A stretch of 63,612 nt of DNA, the filler included, from Octopus bimaculoides (lineage: Eukaryota), in NCBI RefSeq assembly GCF_001194135.2. It is 4 parts of 3 records of this genome, joined end to end, with 100 filler letters (N's around TTAATTAATTAA, not from the genome) between each part and the next. Parts side by side here need not be neighbours in the genome. Positions count along the whole stretch, not along the records: positions 53,312 to 63,612 come from NC_069006.1; 3 more parts are not named here. One strand, given 5' to 3'. The notes under the pieces were generated by a model. It was not told the origin of the DNA. It worked only from the letters and a program-made list of their open reading frames with translations, and searched no databases. Shown piece after piece: positions 53,477-63,612 of the stretch. The translations under genes and the position numbers were made by a program. Within the stretch, counting starts at the first letter, position 1. Every line of letters starts with the position of its first letter.

Positions 53477-54661
53477 CTAAATAAACATTCAAAGATTACA
53501 ATAACACTTTTTTTTTTAAACATAATTAAAGCTTTACTGGGTAGTTGGAAAGAAAAAAAAATATAAAGAAAAGAAATAATTAAGCCAAGATGACATCTCA
53601 GTGAAGTATTTTAGAATCTTTGGTGATCTGCAGCTAAGTGGATATTGAAATAACGAAATATATTGACAGACAAACACACACACACACACACACTTTCAAA
53701 GGCACCAATACATAGGAAATATCTTAACTCTGACTGGATCTGTCCTCTCACACCCGCCCTACAATGTCATTCTAAAAATATGCAGCCATATCACTGAAAT
53801 CTCAAAGCTATGAGATAATGGATAATTAATTCAAAACAATGAGCATTTGACAGAGTAATCCGAATGCTTAAAAGGTTAAGAAACTCATCAACAATTTGAA
53901 ATGAAAGTTGGTGGCCACTTCATCAAAAGGATGCTGCTACAAACAGAAATGTGTAGGCTCATCACATCTTAACCTGTGATATCGGAAGGGTCTTGAAGAG
54001 ACTGACCTTACTTGACAGCATCAATAACGACCAATAAACCAAGCACTCAAAAAATAACTAGCTTCACTCACATTTTGTCCTCAACGACTGACCTAATCTT
54101 GAGCAATGAACTCCTCATTACAAGGACCAAGGATCCCTAAATCCTCCCAGTTCTAACAAAGCTAATTTAACCCCCTCCACCTTTAACCACAAATCCATTT
54201 CATCTCATCCACTCATTCTACCGATGATGATCACAGTTTAAGGAAATCTATACATTGATTGATTTAGTAACCCAATGTAGCCATATATTGATCCAATAAA
54301 CCTTCAGTGTAAGAATCTCACGCACCCTCCCACAAAACAGCTAATCAATCATGGACAGGAAGACATCAGGTACAGGATTAATAAATAGCTATTAATCTTC
54401 TCTATCCAGTATTGATCTAGCCATTAAACCTCTCCATTCTGTATCTATGTTTGTATCTCTTTAACCATTAAACTCCTCTATTCAGTAATTATCTTGTCAT
54501 TAAACCTGGCTATTCAATACCTATCTATACCTGCCAGGCTATCTATCGACATTTATCAATATATCTAATCACTGAACAGACCAATAGACAAAGATAGAGC
54601 TGCCTGCCTGTCCATCAACTCCACTTATTTCATTTATATATGCATGCATCTATAGATATAT

Positions 54662-55031
54662 TCTTTTATTCGTTTCAGTCATTTGACTGCGGTCATGCTG
54701 GAGCCTCGCCTTTAGTCGAACAAATTGACCCCAGAACTTATTCTTCGCAAGCCTAGTACTTATTCTGTCTCTTTTGCCAAACTGCTATGTTATGGAGACA
54801 TAAACACACCAACATCAGTTGTCAAGCGATGGTGGAGGCACAAACATAGACACACACACACACACAAATACATATATAAATACAACGGGCTTCTTTCAGT
54901 TTCCATGTACCAAATCTACTCACAAGGCTTTGGTTGGCCTGAGGCTATAGCAGAAGATATGTGCCCAAGGTGCCATACAGTGGGACTGAACCCAGAACCA
55001 TGTGGTTGAGAAGAAAAGACTCTTACCACAC
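54662..55031 (-). mobile_element. Full-length tRNA-derived SINE in atrophin intron (partial copies also near 13405, 21510, 37010, 46320 and 62445)
   Basis: Same motifs. Confidence 0.85.
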
Positions 55032-55169
55032 CTATCTACCTACTAGCATGACAATTTATCTATCAGTTTCCCGTGTTCCACTATCCAACTATAGCATATA
55101 AAATACATACATCGACAACACTACAACCACATACATCTGTCTTACTAAATCTACACAAGAGGACACTCC

Positions 55170-55400
55170 ATCATCATCATCATTATTTACTGCCTCTTTT
55201 CCATGCTGGCATGGGTTAGACAGTTTGATAGGAGCTGGCAAGGCTGGAGAGCTGCAACGGGCTTCATTTGTCTCTTTTGGTATGGTTTCCATGGTTTGAT
55301 GCCCTTCCCAACACCAACCACTTTACAGAGTGTACAGGGTGCTTTTTATGTGACACCAACATGGGGGCTTTTTTTTTGCCTTGCCAGCACAGGAGCTTAT
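55170..55400 (-). mobile_element. RTE-tail short repeat in atrophin intron
   Basis: Tail motifs, CpG-decayed. Confidence 0.72.
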
Positions 55401-55614
55401 TATGTGGTGTCAGTAGGGAAGGGACTCCAGTGTTACTTCACCGAAACCAGAGCCCCAACATCATCAGTTCACATGAAAGATTCTACATAAATTAACCAAA
55501 ACATTACCTGATAGCAGATAATAGACGGTACCTATCAAAAGTGCCATTGGCTTCAAGTTTAATAACTTTCAAGAAGAAGAAGAAGAAGAAGAATGAGAGA
55601 AAGAGCAATCTTAC

Positions 55615-55815
55615 CTAACCGTTCCAAACGTTCCCTCTCTCGTGCCAGCAGATCATTAGCTAAACTTGTTGGAGGGTAAACACCTGGTATATGAGGTGTG
55701 TTGCTACTGGAGCTGTTTCCCGCCGATTGTTGGACTAAATGACTTTGTGCTGCAGCAGTCGGAGGATAAGCATAACGACGCATATCGATCCAAGGAGCAT
55801 CCAACGTATTTCCAC
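55615..55815 (-). CDS. RERE: Atrophin/RERE exon F (GNTLDAPWIDMRRY...LANDLLARERERLERL)
   Basis: ctgcag acceptor, G|GTAAGA donor, 201 nt, phases 1/1. Confidence 0.9.
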
Positions 55816-55920
55816 CTGCAGACATTAGATGAGGACAGTCTCAGAAAACGTGACAGAATAAAATGCAATTACACACACATATATATACATATACACACAG
55901 GGACATTTGGAAGTGTGGAA

Positions 55921-56210
55921 CAGTGACTATCAACCATTTCTTTTTTTTTTTAACCTTTGGACCCTCTTTGATCCCTATTTTGTTCAGTTGGACCCTCGTA
56001 GCCATTCAATGTTTGAAAAAAATCCCATTATATTTGCGTAGTTGAATATTATAAGGGATTGCATTTAGAAAAAAATGTTAAAATGTTTTGAGTATTGTAG
56101 AATTATAAGCGAATTATTGCAGATAAATTTTAGCAACAAAATCTTTTATGAAGCCCCAAAGGGTCATGTGGAGACTGGTGGAGAGCCATTGTTGTGGAGT
56201 ACGATATACA
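55921..56210. mobile_element. Older hAT-type MITE
   Basis: Degenerate CAGTG...CAACC / GG..GAG.CCATTG termini and partial TSD TGTGGA. Confidence 0.5.
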
Positions 56211-56804
56211 TTCAGAGCCATTTAGAAATATATAGTAAGATATGTATGTACACATGGCAATATTTAGAAATATTACAGAATAAGACACATATATATATAT
56301 ATATATATACACATACATACAGGGTTGGCCAAAGGTCGCCTGACAGTAAATCAAAATCATTTAATTCCAAGATTTTAAATGAAGGGTCTTGCTCAAGGAG
56401 AAGTGTCAAAAATGACCATGAGAAAACCAGAATAAATTAAGGTTCATATTCTACTCTGTTTAGCTGGTTCTCCAAGAATATATCTAATTATGAGTGTCAG
56501 AAATATCGTGTACTAGAAGATGAGGTAATAGTAATAGGAATTCTAAAAAAATTTTAGCCTCAATATAACCCAAATCCAGCTCCTTGTACTATATATATAC
56601 AACCGCTTTTCGTTCCCAGCCATCAAAGAAATCAAGAGAGATAATTCAGTTAACAAAACTATGTCAACAGGAAAAAAGAATTATCTCCCTTCTGGAAACC
56701 TGGTGACAGAGAAATGGTTATGAAAGGTTTTTTTTTTTTTTTGAAATAACGAAAAGTTAAAAAAAAAAACACGAGAGATTGGCGAGTGTGCAATGTAAAC
56801 TCAC

Positions 56805-56953
56805 GTATTTTAGATCCAGGAGTACCAGGAGGTTTCATTTCCATATCTGCTTTGAATTTTTCTCTAATTTCCATTTCACGTAGCTCTCGTTCCCGTAATT
56901 CTCGTTCGCGGGCGTCTCGTTCCCTTTTGTCTCGCTCCAACTCAAGTTCAAGT
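56805..56953 (-). CDS. RERE: Atrophin/RERE exon E, Arg-Glu dipeptide repeat (LELELERDKRERDARERELRERELREMEIREK...MKPP)
   Basis: ttctag acceptor and RE-repeat peptide. Two phase-1 donors are possible: C|GTGAGT (exon ends 56805) or G|GTACTC (ends 56826). Confidence 0.92.
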
Positions 56954-57463
56954 CTAGAATGGGACAAATAAAAAGAGAGAAACAAAATAAAATGTAAAGA
57001 AAGTAGCCCTTTACAAGGAGTTTCATTAGGACACGTATNNNNNNNNNNNNNNNNNNNNNNNNNNNNNNNNNNNNNNNNNNNNNNNNNNNNNNNNNNNNNN
57101 NNNNNNNNNNNNNNNNNNNNNNNNNNNNNNNNNNNNNNNNNNNNNNNNNNNNNNNNNNNNNNNNNNNNNNNNNNNNNNNNNNNNNNNNNNNNNNNNNNNN
57201 NNNNNNNNNNNNNNNNNNNNNNNNNNNNNNNNNNNNNNNNNNNNNNNNNNNNNNNNNNNNNNNNNNNNNNNNNNNNNNNNNNNNNNNNNNNNNNNNNNNN
57301 NNNNNNNNNNNNNNNNNNNNNNNNNNNNNNNNGCTACAGATTACTCATGAGTAAAAAAAGGGGTTTACTCAGTTTTGTCACTGACTTTTACACAATGTGA
57401 AAACAAGCCCCAAACAAATTATTAAAAGAAAAAAAGTAAATAAAATGTGAAAATATTACTAAC

Positions 57464-57575
57464 CTTTCTCTAGATCCTGTTGGATACATCGAGGCTAATC
57501 TGTAAGGTAACATCGGGTCAACATGTGGAGGTAAAGTTGACAGACCATAGGGACCAGACCGGCCAAAGTCTTGAC
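57464..57575 (-). CDS. RERE: Atrophin/RERE exon D (GQDFGRSG...DPMLPYRLASMYPTGSRE-R)
   Basis: ttgcag acceptor, AG|GTTAGT donor, 112 nt, phases 1/2. In frame with both neighbours. Confidence 0.88.
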
Positions 57576-57645
57576 CTGCAAATAAGGTTGAAAAAAAAAA
57601 AAAAAAAGGATAGTTAATTTTTATTCCATTTTCGTTCATTTAGAT

Positions 57646-57818
57646 CAGTGGTTCCTAAAGTGGGCAGTATTGCTCCCATGGGGGCAGTAGAAAGTTCCAA
57701 GGAGGCATTGAAGAAAAGTGGGGCAATAATGGGGTAATGATTCATGTAGAAACAACAAAATAATGGGTTCATTAGGGTGCTAGGAAAGTTAAGGGGATGG
57801 GAGCCCGAAAAACCACTG
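57646..57818. mobile_element. hAT-type MITE
   Basis: CAGTGGTT ... AACCACTG termini with perfect 8-bp TSD ATTTAGAT (57638-57645, 57819-57826). Confidence 0.9.
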
Positions 57819-57882
57819 ATTTAGATAACACACATACACACACACACATTTATATATATAATGTATGTGTATATCTTTTATC

Positions 57883-58084
57883 TTTTACCTGTTGAAGTCA
57901 TTAGACTGTAGCCATGCTGGAGCAACACATTCAAGAATTTTGTTGAACAAATCAATCACTACTTAAGTATCAGGCTTAAAGGAAAACAAAAACAAAATGA
58001 GTCCAGGGGGTCAATTCATTCAACTAAAAATCCCTCAAGGCAGTGCCCCAGCATGGCCACACTCTAATGACTGAAACAAGTAAA
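57883..58084. repeat. Two SINE 3' tails in inverted orientation
   Basis: AGTCATTAGA...GCCATGCTGG arm and CCAGCATGGC...TCTAATGACT arm. Confidence 0.85.
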
Positions 58085-58141
58085 CATTAAAGGACAAAGC
58101 TAAACATATCGGGGAAAAGGAAGGAAGGAAAGAAGGTATAC

Positions 58142-58316
58142 CTAGTGTGTGTGGCCTGGCGTATTCACTAAGCTGTCTCAGGGCTGGAGTGTCATGACCA
58201 GGGTATGGACGAGGTGTCATTCTTTCGCCACCATATGGGCCATGCTGAGATGATAATGTGCTGGTCACTTGAGCTTCCGTCGAGCTGGACTTGATAGGCG
58301 TATCAATTCGTTTTGT
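58142..58316 (-). CDS. RERE: Atrophin/RERE exon C (TKRIDTP...HDTPALRQLSEYARPHTL)
   Basis: ctgcag acceptor, G|GTATAC donor, 175 nt, phases 0/1. Contains the atrophin signature DTPALRxLSEYARPH. Confidence 0.93.
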
Positions 58317-58958
58317 CTGCAGAAAAAATAAAAGACGGAAAACAAATTCATCAATACATATGTACAGTGCACACGCCTGTGTCTGTGTGTGTGTGTGTGT
58401 GTGTGTGAAGGTATGTGGCTAAGTGGTTTGGGCTCAGCTTGTGAATTTAATTCCAGGCAGTGTACTATGTTCTTGAGCAAGACACTTTATTTTTCATTGG
58501 ATCCAGTCCACTCAACTGGCAAAAATGAGTTGTACCTGTAATTCACAAGGGGACCAGCCTTGTCACATTGGTGTCATGCTGAATGATTAATTCAAAACAA
58601 CGTGATTAAATAAGCATTACATTCGGCAGAGTAATCTGAATGCGAAACGGTTAAGCTGCTTCTGGCCATGCTGGATCATCACTAGTGTTTAGCAGTTAAA
58701 AGAACCAGTGCAAACTAAGAATGTTCAGAATCCAGCCATCAATTGGTGGATTAATAAACCAAGTTCTGAAACAAATGCTGCTTGAAACCGAAATGAGTTT
58801 GTATCAGGTTTATTGAGACGAATAACGTGTGGGAAGAAAACCTGATGAATTTAGCCATCATGGTCAAGTGTTTCTAGTTAGGTTATAAAAGGAAATAAAC
58901 TATTAAATACATGAATATAGTGAGGAAGAAGAGGAGGCATGCATGCATAGACACTTAC

Positions 58959-59115
58959 AGGCTGAACTTTCTCTTCCTTGATAGTAGCAGATGCTTGTAG
59001 GACCTTCTTTTCTCTTTCTTCACGTTTCTTGGCTAAATCCGAGTGCGGTTGAGGTTTAAAAACTAAATCACAGCGCGAACAAGAATTGATTCCTCTATTC
59101 AACAGTTTAATAAAT
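58959..59115 (-). CDS. RERE: Atrophin/RERE exon B (FIKLLNRGINSCSRCDLVFKPQPHSDLAKKREE...VQP)
   Basis: ttccag acceptor, CCT|GTAAGT donor, 157 nt, phases 2/0. Matches the atrophin motif [29 protein letters not shown]. Confidence 0.93.
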
Positions 59116-59764
59116 CTGGAAAACAGGAAAACGAAAGAAATGTACGAAAGACTGGGCAGCTGTGTCTAATGCTATATAAACAAGGTTCGAAATGTACAGA
59201 AAACAAAGAAAAAAACCCCCAGAAGACAGAGACAGGTGAAGCAACAACAAACAAAGGTAACCCAGAACCATCTAAGATAGTTAGTAGCATATCATAAAAA
59301 ATAAAGATTCCCTTCAGTCATGAATGACCATGGGATTACACCTAGAATGTTTCCCTCTGAGGTACAAGTCCGCAAAAGGTTGTTCAAGGAAGACCAGCAG
59401 TCCCATGCATACCAGCCTCCCTTCTCCACACCACCAGTGTTATCCAAGAGAAAGGCAAAGGGGCTGATGCAGTTTGGCACTAATGACATCACAACTCATT
59501 TCTAGAGCTGAGTGAAATGGAGCAATGTGAAATAAAGTGTCTTGCTCAAGAACACAACACGCAGGCTGGTCCAGGAATCAAACTCACTACCTCATGATTG
59601 TGAGCCTGACACTCTAACCACTGAGCCATGTGTCTTATATTATGGTTGCGTAACAAAATATCGTTGTCCCTACCACAATTAATCAACAACCTTAAAATAG
59701 TGATTAAACCCTGAGGTCAGAAGGCAGTAATTGGTTTAAAAAACTCATCATGTTGGGCACTTTT

Positions 59765-59980
59765 CAATCATCATCCTTTATCCTCCCTTTCTTTTCCATG
59801 CTGGTATGGACCGGACAGTTTGACAGGAGTTGGCCACCTGGAGTGCTGCCCAGGCTCAAAGACAGCTTTGGCATGATTTCTACGGCTGGACACCCTTCTT
59901 AACGCCAACCATTCTGTAAAGTGTTTCACATTAGGACAGGTACTAGGTGCTTATGTGACACCGGCGTGAGGAGTACTTTT
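59765..59980 (-). mobile_element. RTE-tail short repeat in atrophin intron
   Basis: Tail motifs. Confidence 0.7.
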
Positions 59981-60964
59981 TAAATGGCACTTAGCACCTG
60001 TGGGCCTGCAAGACAAGGACCTCTCGGCCGGAAGGAGTAGGAGTTGGGGCCATGGTTGTAGTCTGCTCCGACACAAGAAAGACAGACGCTTTATTTGTTG
60101 TGAGGTATAAAGAAATGAAAGCATTGTAACAAGGAAAGTGGGATTAAAATGATGTGGCAGTAGGTTTGGCCTGGACATAAGCAAACATTAAAAGTGATGA
60201 GAATTTAAAGCGGCCAGTTCCAGCCTCTTACAACGTCATTCTAAGAATAAACAGTCACATCACCAATCTCAAAGCTACGAGATAATGCAGGATTAATTGA
60301 AAACAATGTGAATAAATAAGCATTAGATTTGATAGAGTAATCTGATTGCTACAGGGTTAAACTAGAAACTCAACAATCATTATACAAACAGCTCTTATAA
60401 GAACTTTATCTCTAATAAATATCTTTCTTGGAAAGACCTTCCAATCATAATTTCACTAAACTCTGATTTGTCTAAACTTGAATGTTATCAGGCAGAGTTA
60501 AGAAAATCCTGCACCCACTCCCCAGATCCCAGCCAGTTTGAACTTAGAAATCTGAATGCACAGAAAAAAGCAAAAAAGTAACTGAAAAACTAAAAAGGTT
60601 TCCTGCTGTGTCACATGATTCCTATTGAAGATAATGTACGTGTAACTCCCTCAGCAGTGAGGGTCGTGGAGCAACAAGGTGGATGTGAAGTTGGGCATAT
60701 TGATCATTTGATGTATAATCTTTATTCAGCACAATTACAGGATTGAAGAGCCTCTTCAATCAATGGTCAGTCTAGGGTCAACCAATTCAATTAGTGGATT
60801 ACAGCCAGCTGATAGCACTAGTGATACATCAACTCACTTTAGCCACTTGAAAAACACTATGGATGTCTCGAATCTCATAGTGTCAGCAATTGAAGCTGGA
60901 GACTCACTGAAACCATCAAATGAAAATCTAGATTAGTTTTATAAATCCTATCTCAGGTGGTGCC

Positions 60965-61185
60965 ATTAATCTTCCAGTATTTACACCGGTCATATCCAGC
61001 CCAAATATTTTATCTGTTCTTCGTTCAAACTGACCAAATTTGGCCCCTCACACCTAAACTACAATGCCAGTCTAAGAAATAAATAATCACATCACTGAAA
61101 TCTCAAAACTAACGAGATAACGCATAATTAATTCAAAACAATGTCAATAAGTGCATAAAATAATCTGAATTTTCAAGGGGTTAAG
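60965..61185. mobile_element. TTAA-ended MITE family (related copies near 53725-53880, 58585-58655, 60170-60360)
   Basis: Shared AATCTCAAA...GAGATAA...TTAATTCAAAACAA...TAATC(T/C)GAAT...GGTTAA. Confidence 0.65.
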
Positions 61186-61591
61186 TTAGAGATTGGCCTG
61201 GAGCACAATTTTGGATGAAACATATCTAAGTTTGCCGAAGTTTATCAAACAGAATGACAGCCTTGTGAAAGGGAGTTCTACACCATGTCGTCCTCTTAAC
61301 AGTATTTCTTCAGCTCCAGCAGACAAAATACCAAATTATTGAAAAATAGGACACACCAAACAATAGACTGGATGTGAATGGAGCTCCAGCTCTTACGTCT
61401 GAATTTACATACAAGAACAGTTAACTATCAAACCTATTATCATTGTTATTAGCTCTCAATGATAACTAATCTTAAAATAAACATTTCAGTAACCACTTCA
61501 AAGTATCAGAGAGAAAAACTACAACATAAAAACAGGTTAGAGGTGGTGAGGAGACGGAGAGAGGTGAGTGTCACTCTCTTTAATACATGGC

Positions 61592-61631
<40 letters not shown>

Positions 61632-63249
61632 TTGTGGGTGTGTTCATACTTTTATACTGATTGGACTCTGTGTGTGTGTGTATGTGTGTAGACAAGCCTA
61701 CAATTGAAAGAAACTTGAAAAAAGGAAGACTAGAGCTCAATCACAACTGGAGGCAAGTGAAAAGCTATCGGCTGGAGGACAGGGGGAAGGGAGGGTAGTC
61801 TTTTAACAAAAGCCTCCCTGTTGTGGCGATATGTAATTTGTTTAACTAATTCCCATATAATTAGGTCATGAGAGAGAGCAAGAAGGAGAAGGCCAACTGG
61901 TTAATGACAGAGCTTTTAAGAACAAACTCACCTCTTCATGAGAGAGAGAAAGAGGAAGAGAGAGGGGGAGGAGCTATTTATAGACACCTATGGAATTTTG
62001 GTGCAACAAGAACACTGCCTGAAAGTTATTTGTTGCTGACAGAATTATTCATTGAGGAATAGAGATTTCAGCAATCCTTTGATGGTGTCATTCACCAACA
62101 CAGTTTTCCCTCATGACGTAGATAAAGAGGGTGAATGACCTTGTCTCTTCATACTGACACTCTGGAGACCAATACCGAAAGAATTCCCAGATCTCTTACA
62201 ACCAGGAACAAGAGTTTTATATCTCTTTCTTTATTTGTATTTTATTTATTAGTGGAATAGGCCAGATGACAACTTATCAAGACAGCATTCTAGTAGTTGG
62301 CGGCCTTCTTGTCGGTAATCATTGTTCTCTGAATATGAAACCACTTATATTCTACCAGTCTTCACACCCAACAACCTACACGGCACGTTGTTTTACCAGA
62401 TGCGAACACTGATCATGTTCACTAGGTGAGGACCTGCTGAAAGATACACACAACAGGCTTCCATTCAGTTTCCAAATACAAAATATCAATCACAAAGCAT
62501 TGGTCAGTTCAAGGCTTTACTAAAAAACACTGGCTGAAGGTGACACATGGTAGAGATGGAACCTGGAACCACTTGGTTACAAAGCAATAAACATGCTAAG
62601 CCACTAATTACGTGGTAAGTTCAAATCAGTCCACAGCCAGTGATAAGGTCCCTGAATAAGGGCCAGGTTTTACTCCATCTCTACAGTTTAGTTGTTGCTG
62701 TTTAGCTCCCAACCTACCCTGGTTGATCAAACCATCCCTTAATTTTGTATAGACAGGACTATATTAACTAATGAGTGCCCTTTCTTTGTTAATACATTTG
62801 GGTGTGAACCGAGAGAAATAGGCTGCAATTTGTAATAAGTCCTAAGTTCTGTTGACTCATTATGGTTTAATTAATAACAGTGATTAGACACAAGGCAGCA
62901 AACCAGCAGAGTTATTAGTGCTAGGAACATAAATTGTGACTACGGTTTGGTGGAAGAGTTTAATTCAGAACTTATGAAAACAAGACATTTGTACCACAGA
63001 GCCAGAATTGGTTTCAGGTGGGTTGGTATCAAAAGGGTTAAATGATGATGGTTTGCCCAGGCCTGGCCTGTGCAGACTGATGAAGGCCCTAGATATAGGC
63101 ACGTGGCAATTAAGACAATGGTTCTAACAAAAACTGCCCTAACCAAATATGATGCATGGGTGGGAGGGGAGAATGAATGTAAACCAACGAAATCAAAGGA
63201 ATTTTAAAAGAAACTCAACAAAAAAAAAAAAAGAAAACCCTTAACTTAC

Positions 63250-63612
63250 ATAGCGTTTTTACTCTTATGGAATTCCTTATTGCAGGGTGTGGCATCTGGT
63301 CCAGGACTGATAGGCCTGTGGCACTCATCCTCATTACTATCAGAGTCTTTTTCATAGTGAGAATCTGTGGGGATCTGCTCAGGGGCTAAAGGTTGCGAAT
63401 GGGCAGACTGAGGAGGCAGCGCCAATGACATATCTTTCGTATCCAAACATTTGGGGTTCAACTCATGAGGCAGGTTTTGAGAATGAGTTTTCGGAGATGG
63501 CGGAATCGGTTTCAGCTGATAGTCTTCTGGTTCTTTCTTGATTTCCACGTTGCCAGCAGTCGGATGGGTCTGAGCTAGAGGCGGCACAATGTACTGCTGC
63601 AGAGGCAGAGGC
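63250..63612 (-). CDS. RERE: Atrophin/RERE exon A (partial, runs off the window end)
   Basis: Open Pro-rich frame PLPLQQYIVPP...RPISPGPDATPCNKEFHKSKNA, ending AT|GTAAGT (phase 2). Joins exon B to give KNAIFIKLLNRG, equivalent to atrophin PSPEP...SQSARFYKHLDRG. Confidence 0.88.

Noticed and set aside
63077-63110. CTGATGA-A-GGCC...GGC in atrophin intron
   Set aside because: No GAAA box follows stem II; at best a dead remnant.

Overview
Repeat-rich, AT-rich animal genomic DNA. The SINE/RTE families and microsatellite load look like an octopus (coleoid cephalopod); this species call is from recognition, not a database search. The window is not one contig: three identical 100-bp spacers (44 N + TTAATTAATTAA + 44 N at 22775-22874, 42055-42154 and 53212-53311) join four blocks. 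Three host genes are partly present, all on the minus strand. (1) Seven spliced C-terminal exons of an atrophin/RERE gene (63612 down to 53312), cut off by a spacer. (2) The first coding exon and promoter of a nischarin-like PX-domain gene (49642-49728), too short to appear in the ORF track. (3) The first coding exon of Rab18 (18670-18740), in a different frame from the listed ORF. The rest is decayed RTE, RLE-type, L1-like and Penelope-like retroelements, mariner/Tc1, a Helitron end, piggyBac- and hAT-type MITEs, SINEs and simple repeats. The most interesting non-annotated signal is a set of minimal hammerhead-ribozyme-like motifs in four unrelated repeats. Three of them share an extra A after the CUGANGA box, and one is a near-perfect foldback in Rab18 intron 1 carrying two antiparallel copies. 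Several foldbacks also show arm differences that give G-U pairs preferentially on the minus strand. No CRISPR array, rRNA or intact tRNA was seen.
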